In this document: piece after piece, positions 1 to 9,838 of the stretch
How positions within the stretch are numbered: the stretch's first letter is position 1
Layout of the letters: every line of letters starts with the position of its first letter
Assembly (NCBI GenBank): GCA_013151415.1
Contig: JAADII010000196.1
Location: 1,969-65,968 of the forward strand
Length of the DNA stretch: 64,000 bases
Reading direction: 5' to 3'
Source: Chloroflexota bacterium
Lineage (GTDB): Bacteria > Chloroflexota > Anaerolineae > J102
Position numbers and translations under genes: made by a program
Notes under the pieces: model-generated
The model's input: only the letters and a program-made list of their open reading frames with translations
What the model was told of the DNA's origin: nothing
Databases searched by the model: none

Positions 1-201
1 AATGTAAGGCCGGAGACATTAGTTAATGAAATCCTTCAGCAATACATTCTTCGCCACTATTCTGGTGAAGAACAGAGAGGAAGTGAGTTCTTGTTATCTT
101 TAGCGGGCATGTTCGACACTGAAGCCAACGCGGTCTCTGAAAATGTAGAAACCATTGTGACGAACTTCATATCGAGCAAGAATGAGGAAAGCGTTTCGTG
201 A
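1..201 (+). CDS. Putative antitoxin (VapB-like), 5'-truncated at window edge
   Basis: Frame 1 is open from base 1 (NVRPETLVNEILQQYILRHY...EESVS*). Its TGA overlaps the GTG start of the PIN gene (GTGA coupling), the usual type II TA layout. Confidence 0.6.
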   Translation, partial: NVRPETLVNEILQQYILRHYSGEEQRGSEFLLSLAGMFDTEANAVSENVETIVTNFISSKNEESVS

Positions 202-608
202 CAGCATTGATCGATACCGGTTTTCTGTACGCTGTTTTGGATAAAGGCGACAGAAATCACCGGCGGGTCACACATACTCTATCCACTTTATCGGATGATT
301 TGGTTTTACCAACGGTGGTGCTGGTTGAACTCGCGTATCTGTTACAAGCGCGATTGGGCCATGCGGCCATGCGCCGCTTCGTCCGACAACTGGAAAGCAG
401 CCCTCTCCTATTCGAGCCTGTGACGAGAGCCGATACAACGCGTATTTATGAGCTACTGGAGCAATACTCCAACATCGAACTCGATTTCGTAGACGCGGCC
501 ATTGTCACTCTGGCGGAACGATTGGACATTCGCCGCATTCTTACAGTAGACGGCGACTTTCACATCATACGTCCCAGGCATTGCGATTTCTTTCAAGTAT
601 TACCGTGA
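198..608 (+). CDS. vapC: PIN-domain ribonuclease toxin (VapC family)
   Basis: 136 aa with the acidic PIN tetrad: LIDTG, VLVE, DFVDA, TVDGDF. Confidence 0.9.
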   Translation: MTALIDTGFLYAVLDKGDRNHRRVTHTLSTLSDDLVLPTVVLVELAYLLQARLGHAAMRRFVRQLESSPLLFEPVTRADTTRIYELLEQYSNIELDFVDAAIVTLAERLDIRRILTVDGDFHIIRPRHCDFFQVLP

Positions 609-616
609 AATCGTGA

Positions 617-2617
617 TCATAGAGCCTCGGCCACCAATTCGGCGATGTCCTTTACGGCCACGCCTTCGTCGGCTTCTTTCGAGGCGTCGGTGAGCATGGT
701 CAGGCAGAAGGGGCAGCCCACCGCGATGGTGGAAGCGCCCGCGGCCGCGGCCTCTTTGTAGCGGTTCATGTTCACGGCTTCGGTTCCGTGCTCCTCCTCT
801 TTCCACATCTGCGCGCCGCCCGCGCCGCAACAGAATGACTTGCTCCCGGAGCGCTCCATTTCCACGATGTCGCCCACGGCAAAGCTCAACACCTGGCGCG
901 GGGCCTCGAACACGCCGTTGATTCGGCCCAGATAGCAGGGATCGTGATACGTCACCTCGCCAATGGTTTGCGGATTCACGCGTAGACGACCGGTTTCGAT
1001 CAGTTCGGCGATGAATTCACTGTGGTGGATGACGTTGTAATCGCCGCCATATTGATAATACTCCTTGCCCAGGGTCTGCAAGCAGTGGGGGCAGGTGGCG
1101 ACAATGCGCGGGGCGTTGACTTCGTTTAGCGTCTCGATGTTTTGCTGGGCCAGCTCGAAGAAGAGATATTCGTTGCCCGAACGCCGGGCCGCGTCACCTG
1201 TGCAGCTTTCGCGCTCGCCGAGCACCGCGAAATTGACATTGGCCGCTTTCAAGATTTTGGCGAAGGCCTTGGCCGTGGCTTGCGCTCGCATATCGTAAGC
1301 GGGCGCACAGCCCACCCACCACAAAATCTCCGGCTCGGGATTTTCGTCCACCGTGGGGATGTCCAGGCCCTTGGCCCAGTTCATGCGGTCGGCTGCGCTC
1401 ATTTTCCAGGGGTTGCCCGTGCGCTCCATGCCGGTGTAGGCCGTTTGCAATTCTTCGGGAAAGTCGCTTTCCATCAACACCTGGTCGCGGCGCATGTAGA
1501 GGATGTCGAACATGGGCTCGTTGCCCACCGGACAGATCTCCACGCACGCAGCGCAGGCCGTGCAAGCCCATACGGCCGATTTGCTGATCGCGTAATCGAG
1601 CAAAGGCGCGGAAGGCTCGCCCGCGGCCAGCGAATCCACATGCGCGTTGATGTAGTATCGCTTGTTGATTTCCAGGGCCGAGGGCGATAGCTCCTTGCCG
1701 GTCGCGTAGGCCGGACACACATCCTGGCAACGGTTGCACATGATGCAGGCGTAAGGATCCAAAATCTGCGACCAGGAGAGGTCTTCCAATCGCGCCGCGC
1801 CGAATTGCTCCAACGACTCATCGTCGAAGTCGATAGGCTCCAGTGTGGCCAGCGAGGTGCGCTGCGGTTGGGTGAGGAAGTTGAACCCGGCCATGATGAG
1901 ATGGAAATGTTTCGATTTGGGGAAATAAGGCACAAAAGCCAGGATCAATCCCAGAGCAATCCACCAGCTCAGATGCTCGCCCACCACCAAAGCCGACTCC
2001 GACATCCCCAACCAGAGGTTGCTCACCAATGTGGCGAAGGGTTGGAACGGATCGAAGCCGCCGTGCCCGGCGATGTAGAAGCTCTGACCCAAAAAACGAA
2101 AACCCACGTGGAAGAGAATGAACAGGCCCACGATAAGTGAATCGCGCTTGATGCCGCCTTGTTTCACCGCGTCCATGAGCTTGATATTTTCGCGGTAGTC
2201 CAGGGCTGGGTCCTTGGCGATGAAGCGCCGCACCAAAAAGTAGATCATGCCGATGATGACCGAGACGCTAAAGACGTCGGCCAGGAATCTGTATATGTTT
2301 CCGATAATCCCCTCGCCCAAAAAGCGGATGGGGAAAAAGCCCTCTATCACATCCCCAAAATTCACCAGAAAATAGAACATGAAACCCCAGGCGATCATGG
2401 CGTGGAAGATGTCTTGCGTGGTGCGTATCTTCCAGGTGGGTCTCAGCGTGACCCAATCCACCAACGCGCGCCAGGCCCGTGAGCCGATATTTTCATCATC
2501 TACGTCGCCCTGGCCGCGACGAATGACCTCGTAGACCTTGCGAAACGCCCAATAGCCGTTGTACACCGTGGCCAACACAGCGACGATAAACAGGAGTTTT
2601 TCGACGGTGGTCAACAT
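617..2617 (-). CDS. Membrane-bound Fe-S oxidoreductase (FadF/HdrD-like; NarI-like TM region, 2x[4Fe-4S], two CCG domains)
   Basis: N-terminal TM helices; CIMCNRCQDVCP and CTACAACVEICP; CTG..CPHC, HDPCYLGR, CCGAGG..CPFC; SD AAGGAG upstream. Confidence 0.85.
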   Translation of the reverse strand: MLTTVEKLLFIVAVLATVYNGYWAFRKVYEVIRRGQGDVDDENIGSRAWRALVDWVTLRPTWKIRTTQDIFHAMIAWGFMFYFLVNFGDVIEGFFPIRFLGEGIIGNIYRFLADVFSVSVIIGMIYFLVRRFIAKDPALDYRENIKLMDAVKQGGIKRDSLIVGLFILFHVGFRFLGQSFYIAGHGGFDPFQPFATLVSNLWLGMSESALVVGEHLSWWIALGLILAFVPYFPKSKHFHLIMAGFNFLTQPQRTSLATLEPIDFDDESLEQFGAARLEDLSWSQILDPYACIMCNRCQDVCPAYATGKELSPSALEINKRYYINAHVDSLAAGEPSAPLLDYAISKSAVWACTACAACVEICPVGNEPMFDILYMRRDQVLMESDFPEELQTAYTGMERTGNPWKMSAADRMNWAKGLDIPTVDENPEPEILWWVGCAPAYDMRAQATAKAFAKILKAANVNFAVLGERESCTGDAARRSGNEYLFFELAQQNIETLNEVNAPRIVATCPHCLQTLGKEYYQYGGDYNVIHHSEFIAELIETGRLRVNPQTIGEVTYHDPCYLGRINGVFEAPRQVLSFAVGDIVEMERSGSKSFCCGAGGAQMWKEEEHGTEAVNMNRYKEAAAAGASTIAVGCPFCLTMLTDASKEADEGVAVKDIAELVAEAL

Positions 2618-2805
2618 GGATCGATCTCCTTACGACAGTGGAAGGACGGAAGCGGCGGTTGTTTCTCAAGGATACCTGATGTGGACGCAGATCGCCAAAT
2701 TGGCAGTGCCGCGCTGCGTCATTTGGATACCGAATATCCGAAGCCTTGAAGACACCCAATGCCATTTGCCAAGATGATCGCTCGGCGATATGAATCATGT
2801 GAATA

Positions 2806-4593
2806 TCAAATGATAATCCACCACGAGACGAGATTGAGCGCGAAAAGGCCGCCCGCCAGCAGGGGGATGAATAGCGAACGATGACGCGATGGCCACAGCG
2901 TTTCCCAGCCGCGTAAAAGAAGAATGGCGATGGGCAAAAGCGCAGGGAAGAGATAACGACCCTGAGGTTGCCAGGATTGGCCGAGCATGGGGAGCCAGGT
3001 TTGGGCCAGGATCGCGGCCAGGGCCAGCAACGAGAGCGCGAGCAAACGGTCATCGGTCGAGAGGGGGCCGCGTCGCGCCCGCGCCAATGTCCGCAGGAAA
3101 AGGCGGGCCGCGCCCGCGCCCGCGGCCAAAGTGAGCGCGGCCAGAAGCGCATAAACCGGCCACGGCAGGGGCCGCGTGAGCCAGCCGAAATAGCCCCAAA
3201 AACTGGCCCAGGTGAAGGCCATATAGATCAGATAACGCAGTTGCGAGACCGCATCCCAGGCCGAAGGCGCCATAGCCCGCGCGAAAAACCCGGCCGGAAT
3301 GGGCAGCGTCTTTTCGAGGTGCATAAATAGAGGGCCGGCCAGCGCGTCGGGCAGACGACCATCACCATTGAAAAGCCAGTCGCGACCGTCTTCGTCGAGC
3401 AAGCGCAGGCGCACATGCGCGGGTTGGTCCGCCATAATCTCGACGCGCACAGCCCCAGACCGACCTTGCACTACGAATGGAAGCGTGCATGCTCGCGGCT
3501 CCTTCTGGATAGGGCATCGACCAACGGCTTCGCTCCACTTGTCGGCCAGCCTCATCTTCACCCAGCCATTCTCTTCGCCCCAAACCTCGGTTTTCAAGAG
3601 CAGTTGCTTTCCATCCAGGCCGATGAGCTCCTTTCCTCCCACATACTGCGCCACCCGCGCGGTTTCAGTCCCGCGTGGGGCCAGCATCAAGCCTTCGACT
3701 GAGCGAGAAGTTGCATTGGCGGGAAAGCGCCGCCACCCTGCGGCCCAATGTGGATTGGGCGCTAAAGCCAGCAGAGCCAGCGCGGCCAGAGCCAGAAGCG
3801 CGCGCATTCGCCAGACGCGCGCGGGGAAGTGGGTGAAGGACAGCCAGAGTAAGGCGACCGGCCACAGAAAGAGCAACCCGCGATCCACGAAAATGGGTCC
3901 GGCCAGAATCACAACCCCGGCCAAGAGCCATCCCCCCCGCGATCGCGCCAACGCCAGCAAAGCGAAACCCAACGCGCCCCAGAACATGGCCAATGCATCG
4001 TTGTTCATGCTCCCGCCGATGAACCCCACCATGGGCAGCCCCCCCACCAGCAAGCCCAATCCCAGACGGCGCCTGGGGTGCTGCGGCCATGCGCGATCCG
4101 CCAGCGCCAGGGCCGCGCTCACAGTCAGCAATCGGAGCATGAGCGACCACAAGCGCAGCCATCGTAAGGCCGCAGCCGGTTGGCCCCGCGCGCGCTCGCC
4201 CATCCACCGCAAAGCCAGGGCCGGAACCACATAATAAAGCCGCGGTTCACTACCAATTTGCACGCCGCTGGCCGCGAGCACCGGGTCGTCGGCCAGGCGA
4301 GCAAGGGACGGCTCTGGTGTTTGCCGCCGGTTATAACCCCACCAATCCCATGCCAACAAGCTCGCGATGAGCGCGGTTTCGTCCGCGCGATCGATATTTC
4401 CGTCCGCGGCCCAAAGCCCCCGATCGGCCAACACGCGGGCGTAGAGAAAATGGCCCGGTTCATCTGGCGCGGCCCATGGCGGCGTAATAAGCCACCACCC
4501 CAGACCCAGGGCCAGGGTCCAGGCCAAAACCAAAGCCCATACGCGCCGTTTATGCGCTATTGCAATCGCACCACCACTTTGGCCTCGCTCCAC
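2806..4593 (-). CDS. GT-C fold membrane glycosyltransferase-like protein (DUF2142/ArnT-PMT-like) with inserted soluble domain; start uncertain
   Basis: PPWAAPDEPGH first-loop motif, MNNDALA, C-terminal QGRYLFP, many TM segments. Confidence 0.65.
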   Translation of the reverse strand: MERGQSGGAIAIAHKRRVWALVLAWTLALGLGWWLITPPWAAPDEPGHFLYARVLADRGLWAADGNIDRADETALIASLLAWDWWGYNRRQTPEPSLARLADDPVLAASGVQIGSEPRLYYVVPALALRWMGERARGQPAAALRWLRLWSLMLRLLTVSAALALADRAWPQHPRRRLGLGLLVGGLPMVGFIGGSMNNDALAMFWGALGFALLALARSRGGWLLAGVVILAGPIFVDRGLLFLWPVALLWLSFTHFPARVWRMRALLALAALALLALAPNPHWAAGWRRFPANATSRSVEGLMLAPRGTETARVAQYVGGKELIGLDGKQLLLKTEVWGEENGWVKMRLADKWSEAVGRCPIQKEPRACTLPFVVQGRSGAVRVEIMADQPAHVRLRLLDEDGRDWLFNGDGRLPDALAGPLFMHLEKTLPIPAGFFARAMAPSAWDAVSQLRYLIYMAFTWASFWGYFGWLTRPLPWPVYALLAALTLAAGAGAARLFLRTLARARRGPLSTDDRLLALSLLALAAILAQTWLPMLGQSWQPQGRYLFPALLPIAILLLRGWETLWPSRHRSLFIPLLAGGLFALNLVSWWIII

Positions 4594-4910
4594 AGTTCTT
4601 CCAGGCGATAATACGCCCGTTGTTCAGGAGAAAAAATATGGACGATGACCGTCCCGTAATCGAGCAATTGCCAGCCTGACGCTCGCTCGCCTTCGATGAA
4701 AAGGGGGCGCACTTTCTCTTTGCGCAGCGCCTCCACCAGAGTCTCCACCAAAGCCTGGCTTTGGCGTTCGCTCGCGGCCGTGGCTATGACAAAATAGTCG
4801 GCGAATGGCGAAACTTCGGCGATGTCAAGTAGCAAGATATCCTCGGCTTGCTTCTCGTCGAGGAGGTCAACAATGGTGTGAGATAGGTTTTGGGCGTTCA
4901 GGGGTTGCAC
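4557..4910 (-). CDS. rsfS: Ribosome silencing factor RsfS
   Basis: EKQAEDILLLDI..FADYFVIATA.SERQ, WQLLDYG.VIVHIFS...RAYYRLEELW signature. Confidence 0.93.
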   Translation of the reverse strand: MQPLNAQNLSHTIVDLLDEKQAEDILLLDIAEVSPFADYFVIATAASERQSQALVETLVEALRKEKVRPLFIEGERASGWQLLDYGTVIVHIFSPEQRAYYRLEELWSEAKVVVRLQ

Positions 4911-5018
4911 CTCCGGATCACATGGACGATAGGATGATTAGACGGTGAAGCCGGTTTTAGGGGTATTGGATATTGGAAGTGATGATTTGTTGGCAAAGCG
5001 AACCATGCCATTAAAGTA

Positions 5019-5047
5019 AGTGTACGCTATTCTGTGGCGTTCGTCAA
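5019..5047 (-). promoter_or_regulatory. Sigma70-type promoter upstream of rsfS
   Basis: Minus strand TTGACG (5047-5042), 17 nt, TACACT (5024-5019). Confidence 0.55.
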
Positions 5048-5163
5048 TAGCTATTCTCGGCGATTTTCCCCTGTTTTGGCCTTTGAATCACGCTGAAGTG
5101 CAACTATCGTCTTGTCGGCCAGAGTCTATGGAGGCGAATGCTTGCTTTTGAGGTGCGCATGAT

Positions 5164-6198
5164 TTAGTCCTGGACGGTGTGCAACACTTTGCGGTTGCCG
5201 TACATGCGTTCGTAATATTCTTTGAACTCGCCCTCTTTGATGGGGCGCCACCACCACTCGTTATCCACATACCAGCGCACAGTTTTGCGAATGGCCGCTT
5301 CGGGGTCGTGCCGCGGCTCCCAGCCCAGCGCCCGGATTTTGTCGATGTTGAGAGAGTAGCGCCGGTCATGACCGGGTCGGTCTTCCACATGTTGGATCAG
5401 GCTGCGAGGCGCGCCCAATTCGTCCAACAGAATTTCCACCATTTGCAAGTTTTCGATTTCGGTTCCGGTGCCGATGTTATAAACTTCGCCCGGTTTGCCG
5501 CGATGCAACACCACGTCGATGGCCTCGCAATGATCCAGCACCCACTGATAATCGCGCATTTGTTTGCCATCGCCATATACGGGCAAGGGTTTGCCTTCGA
5601 GTGCATTGGTCACAAATAGGGGCACCACTTTCTCGGGGTACTGATATGGACCGATGTTGTTGGAGCCTCGGCTAATGGTGATGGGCAGGCCATATGTGAT
5701 CCAATAAGCGTTGACCAGCAGGTCGCCGCTGGCTTTGCTGGCCGCATAAGGGCTGCGCGGGGCTACGGGATCGCTTTCCACCGAGGAATAGCCTTCGGGG
5801 ATATGACCATAGACTTCGTCGGTGGAAATCTGATGATAGCGCTCCAGCCCAAACTTGCGAGCGGCCTCGAGCAGCACATAGGTGCCGTAGACATCGGTTT
5901 GGATGAACGCGTCGGGGTTCAGGATCGAGCGGTCTACATGCGTTTCGGCTGCGAAATTGACGATGGCGTCGATGTCATACTCGCGTATGACTCGCTCCAC
6001 CGCGAGAGCGTCGCAAATGTCGCCGCGTACGAAATGGAAACGAGGATCGCGGCTTACATCTTTCAAGTTGTTGAGATTGCCTGCATAGGTCAGCTTATCG
6101 TAGACCACCACCCGATATTCGGGATGGCGTTCTAGCAGATAATGCACGAAGTTGGCGCCAATGAAGCCCGCGCCGCCGGTGATGAGGAAGTTTTTCAT
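5164..6198 (-). CDS. rfbB: dTDP-glucose 4,6-dehydratase
   Basis: TGGAGFIG, DKLTYAGN, AAETHVDRSI, STDEVYG, YAASK, DRPGHDRRY. Confidence 0.96.
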   Translation of the reverse strand: MKNFLITGGAGFIGANFVHYLLERHPEYRVVVYDKLTYAGNLNNLKDVSRDPRFHFVRGDICDALAVERVIREYDIDAIVNFAAETHVDRSILNPDAFIQTDVYGTYVLLEAARKFGLERYHQISTDEVYGHIPEGYSSVESDPVAPRSPYAASKASGDLLVNAYWITYGLPITISRGSNNIGPYQYPEKVVPLFVTNALEGKPLPVYGDGKQMRDYQWVLDHCEAIDVVLHRGKPGEVYNIGTGTEIENLQMVEILLDELGAPRSLIQHVEDRPGHDRRYSLNIDKIRALGWEPRHDPEAAIRKTVRWYVDNEWWWRPIKEGEFKEYYERMYGNRKVLHTVQD

Positions 6199-6201
6199 GG
6201 T

Positions 6202-6888
6202 TTACACCTGGAACTCCATTTCCAACAGGTCGAAGCTGCGACTCAGGGTGAGGGAGGGGATTTTTAGGAAGAGAAGCGAGAGGTCTTCGTGACCGGGGGG
6301 CAATTGCGGCAGATGTCGATAACGTTCATCGGGTGCGGCCGCGGCCATCAAAAAAGTGACATCCCCGCGCCTAAAAAGGAGCTTTCCGGCTTCAGCGATC
6401 TCTTCGCGAGCCTGTTTCATTCGTCGTTGCATGGCCGGCAAAATGCGTCGGGCGAAATGTTGGGCGAATGCATCGTTGGGCCCGCCTCCCGATGCATGAT
6501 AAGCCGGGCAAAACTCGGCGGCCCAGAAGCGCTCGGCCGAACGAAAAGCCGGGGAAAGCAGGTCGGCGTGAATGGTCACATCCAGCGTGGCGCCCAAACG
6601 TTCGATGCGGACCATGGCTTTGACCTGGAGCGGTCGCAAATCGAAGTAGGCCGCCGGATCGAAGCGCGTCCAATGAGGAAATGCGCGTGCAAGGCGGTCC
6701 AAGCGTTCGGCCAACAAGGCCACCGCATCGGCCAACCGGCGTCGCTGCTTTTCTGCAGGACCCCGCAGCGGCACGCGATATGCGGGGACCAATGGCTCTT
6801 CTAAAAACACCTGCGCCAAACTTTGGCAAGGCCAGTAACGATGTGGTTCGGCGATATGTGCGGCGAGAGCGGGAAGTGATGCGGGCAC
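6202..6888 (-). CDS. Hypothetical protein between rfbA and rfbB (GTG start at 6888; true start uncertain)
   Basis: Long open frame that fills the gap between rfbA and rfbB on the same strand and stops 3 nt before the rfbB start. No motif recognised. Confidence 0.6.
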   Translation of the reverse strand: MPASLPALAAHIAEPHRYWPCQSLAQVFLEEPLVPAYRVPLRGPAEKQRRRLADAVALLAERLDRLARAFPHWTRFDPAAYFDLRPLQVKAMVRIERLGATLDVTIHADLLSPAFRSAERFWAAEFCPAYHASGGGPNDAFAQHFARRILPAMQRRMKQAREEIAEAGKLLFRRGDVTFLMAAAAPDERYRHLPQLPPGHEDLSLLFLKIPSLTLSRSFDLLEMEFQV

Positions 6889-6898
6889 AGTTCTCGTG

Positions 6899-7972
6899 TC
6901 ATACAAGCCCCAGGCGCGAATTATCGCCCAGGGTGAGTTTGAGCGCGCGCGGCTTAAGTTCGGAATGTCGAAGCTCGACATTCCGTCCGATGAGGCTATC
7001 TGTAATACGCGCGGGCACATTGATAATTTTGCTATGTTCCAAGATCAGGCTGTGCTCGATTTCCGCGTTCTCGACCAGACAATGGTGGTAGATGGACGTG
7101 AAGGGGCCAATATAGCTATTGACCACGCGCGTGTTTTCGCCAATGATGGTGGGACCGCGCACGACGCTGTTGATGATCTCGGCCCCTTCCTCCACGGTCA
7201 CCCGCTCATCCACTTTGGAATCGCGATCCACAAAACCGCGAATTTCCGGCGTCAACTCCTCCAGCACTTTGCTGTTGGCGTCCAGCATGTCAATGGGTTT
7301 GCCGGTGTCGATCCACCAACCGCGATGAATGTAAGGGTGAACATGATATCCGTGCTCCACCAACCATTGGATTGCATCCGTGATTTCCAGCTCGCCCCGC
7401 CACGACGGTTCGATGGAGCGCACCGCTTCGTGAATATGTTTATCGAACATGTAAATGCCTACAAGGGCCAGATTGCTGGGCGGGTTGCGGGGTTTTTCCA
7501 CCAGGCGCTTGATGCTGCGATCAGGGTTCAACTCTGCCACCCCGTAATGTTGCGGTTCGGCCACTTCGGTGAGCACGATCTGGCTATTGTAGCCAGATTG
7601 TTCGAATTCCCGAATCAAGTTGCTAATGCCGCCCTCGATGACATTGTCGCCGAGGAACATCACAAAACGTTCATCTCCGAGGAAATCGCGGGCGATGAGC
7701 ACGCAATGGGCCAGGCCCAAAGGCGCTTCTTGGAGAATGTAGGTGACATTCACGCCCCAGCGTCGGCCCTGCCCCACGGCCTCTTGCACGCGACGACCAT
7801 TTTCGCCAATGCCAATGATGATGCCGATGTCGGTGATGCCCGCGTCGCGGATGGCCTCGATGACCCGAAAAAGCACAGGTTTGTTGGCCACAGGGATGAG
7901 CTGTTTGGCGTTGGTGTAGGTGAGGGGATAAAGGCGCGAGCCTTTCCCTCCGCTTAATATCAATGCTTTCAT
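6899..7972 (-). CDS. rfbA: Glucose-1-phosphate thymidylyltransferase (long form with C-terminal beta-helix)
   Basis: LSGGKGSRLYPLT...KQLIPVANKP, GLAH, FLGDN, EKP, RGELEITDA, WWIDTG. Confidence 0.93.
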   Translation of the reverse strand: MKALILSGGKGSRLYPLTYTNAKQLIPVANKPVLFRVIEAIRDAGITDIGIIIGIGENGRRVQEAVGQGRRWGVNVTYILQEAPLGLAHCVLIARDFLGDERFVMFLGDNVIEGGISNLIREFEQSGYNSQIVLTEVAEPQHYGVAELNPDRSIKRLVEKPRNPPSNLALVGIYMFDKHIHEAVRSIEPSWRGELEITDAIQWLVEHGYHVHPYIHRGWWIDTGKPIDMLDANSKVLEELTPEIRGFVDRDSKVDERVTVEEGAEIINSVVRGPTIIGENTRVVNSYIGPFTSIYHHCLVENAEIEHSLILEHSKIINVPARITDSLIGRNVELRHSELKPRALKLTLGDNSRLGLV

Positions 7973-8129
7973 GAGGATGTTCGTATTTCATATGGCGCAT
8001 ATTGCCGCGGGCGAAATTCGCCCTTGGCGGGGAGAAATACGTCATACGCACTGCACGAGCCCATTGGCAAGGAACGTTGCGAATTGTCAAGACGATGTGT
8101 GTGCAAAGTGAACCATGTCGAAATGGCAG

Positions 8130-8792
8130 TTATCCATTTTGGCCATAATCGGCGTAGAGCGAGGTGTCGACGGCGGCATTATGAAGCACTGCGCCTACCA
8201 GGCGGGCGTTCACTTTGGCCAACAGGTCCTTGGCTCGTTCCGCGTTTTCTCTTTTTGTTTGTCCGGCGCTTACTACGAGCACGACGCCATCCACCTTGGC
8301 CGCGAGCAAGGCTGCGTCGGTGGCTACGATCACGGGCGGCGCATCCACCAACACCAGGTCGGCCTGCTCGCGCACTCGCGCCAGGATCTGGTCCATACGC
8401 TGCGAAGCCAGCAAATCGGCCGGGTTGGGCGGCAAAGGGCCGCTGGGAAGCACTTCAAGATTGCCAACATTGGTGGGTTGCAAGGGAAGGGCCGCATCTG
8501 GTTCGAGCAACACAGAAGAAACGCCTAAACTGTTGTTTACATCGAAAATGTCGTGCAGACGCGGCCGGCGCAGGTCGCAGTCCATCAAGATCACTTTTCT
8601 ACCGGTTTGCGCCTCGATAACGCCCAAATTGGCCAGGGTGATGGATTTGCCTTCGTTGGGCGATGCGCTGGTTAGTAAAATGGTGTGAAGTGGATGATCG
8701 AGGCTGGAAAATTCCAGGTTGGTTCGCAGGCTCCGATAGGCCTCGGCCTGAGGAGAGCGAACGTCGGTGAGGGTGATGAGGTCGATGCTCAT
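8130..8792 (-). CDS. CpsD/CapB-family BY-kinase, cytoplasmic subunit
   Basis: SPQAEAYRSLRTNL, Walker A TSASPNEGKS, DCDLRRP, VDAPP, C-terminal YADY. Confidence 0.9.
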   Translation of the reverse strand: MSIDLITLTDVRSPQAEAYRSLRTNLEFSSLDHPLHTILLTSASPNEGKSITLANLGVIEAQTGRKVILMDCDLRRPRLHDIFDVNNSLGVSSVLLEPDAALPLQPTNVGNLEVLPSGPLPPNPADLLASQRMDQILARVREQADLVLVDAPPVIVATDAALLAAKVDGVVLVVSAGQTKRENAERAKDLLAKVNARLVGAVLHNAAVDTSLYADYGQNG

Positions 8793-8938
8793 GACGTGGG
8801 TGAAGAGCAGGGAGAAACAGCAAGAAGCGAGGAGCAGGGCGTGGGAGAAAATCGTCTCATCGTCCGATGTTCTTCAGCAAAGAACATATGTCAAACGACG
8901 AGCGTCCTGTAGAAACGGCAAGAGACGTTGCATTTGTC

Positions 8939-9658
8939 CTATGTGGTTTGGGGCGCGGGGCGGGCGGTTTGCCTGGCGCGTTGTCGAGCCGTCATCCGCC
9001 CCGATTCATCGGGAGGTATCACGGCCAACACGCTCAAACCCAGCGTGCGCTCCACATCTTCGGGGGTGCGAATAACGCCAGACTCCAGCCATTCTAGAGC
9101 AAAGACGATGAGCGCTCCCACCAGCGCGCCCAAAATCAGCCCCGCCAACGCGTTCATTTTCGGTTTCGGTTTCCATAAAGGCGCATCGCGCGCGTTGTCT
9201 ACGATGCTGACATCAATGCGATCGCGTTTGTCTTGTTGTTGGTTCCATTCTTCGCGTTCATCTACGAAGAGTTGGGCCAGCGTTTGGACAATGAGAATGG
9301 CTGTTTGCGGATCCGGATCCTTGGCCACAATCTCGATGAGAAAGCGGTCTGGTTCTGGATTGGCTTCCAATTCGGCCAACAACTCGTAGGTGTTCATGTC
9401 GAGCTGGGCCTGGTCGATGACTTTCTGCGCCATGCGATGCGTGAGCAGATTGGTCTGGAAGTTGCGCAACAGATCTTTGGTCGAGTTGCTCAAGCCCCAA
9501 TCCGCTCGGGCCGGCAACACGCTAACCAAAATGCGGGCGCGATAGACCGGCTCCTGAAATCGGCTAAATCCAAACGCAGCCACGGCGGCGACGATGGCCG
9601 TGAGCAGGATAATCCAACCTCTTCGACGTAAAATTCGTAAATATGTTTTGATCTCCAT
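8939..9658 (-). CDS. Wzz/CapA-like polysaccharide chain-length determinant (BY-kinase activator)
   Basis: MEIKTYLRILRRRGW + TM, PVYRA, C-terminal Pro-rich/TM, ERTLGLSVLAVIP. Confidence 0.85.
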   Translation of the reverse strand: MEIKTYLRILRRRGWIILLTAIVAAVAAFGFSRFQEPVYRARILVSVLPARADWGLSNSTKDLLRNFQTNLLTHRMAQKVIDQAQLDMNTYELLAELEANPEPDRFLIEIVAKDPDPQTAILIVQTLAQLFVDEREEWNQQQDKRDRIDVSIVDNARDAPLWKPKPKMNALAGLILGALVGALIVFALEWLESGVIRTPEDVERTLGLSVLAVIPPDESGRMTARQRARQTARPAPQTT

Positions 9659-9838
9659 CTTACAAAAATCTCCCGGCTGGCCACACGCGGCCCAGCCTAC
9701 ATGAATGGGGATGGGGCCATATTCTAGCCCAAGCGCTTTCAGGCTGCAACCAAAAGAACCCCGTGATCATGGGCCATTGTGCGTTTCATATGGATATTGC
9801 GCCCCTTTTGGGCGCATAGCTCTGTGATGGGCGACGCA

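Noticed and set aside
617-2617. Possible selenocysteine recoding in the Fe-S oxidoreductase
   Set aside because: The ORF is uninterrupted and the Cys motifs are present, so no TGA read-through is needed.
6896-7957. 353-aa plus-strand ORF
   Set aside because: Antisense shadow of rfbA.
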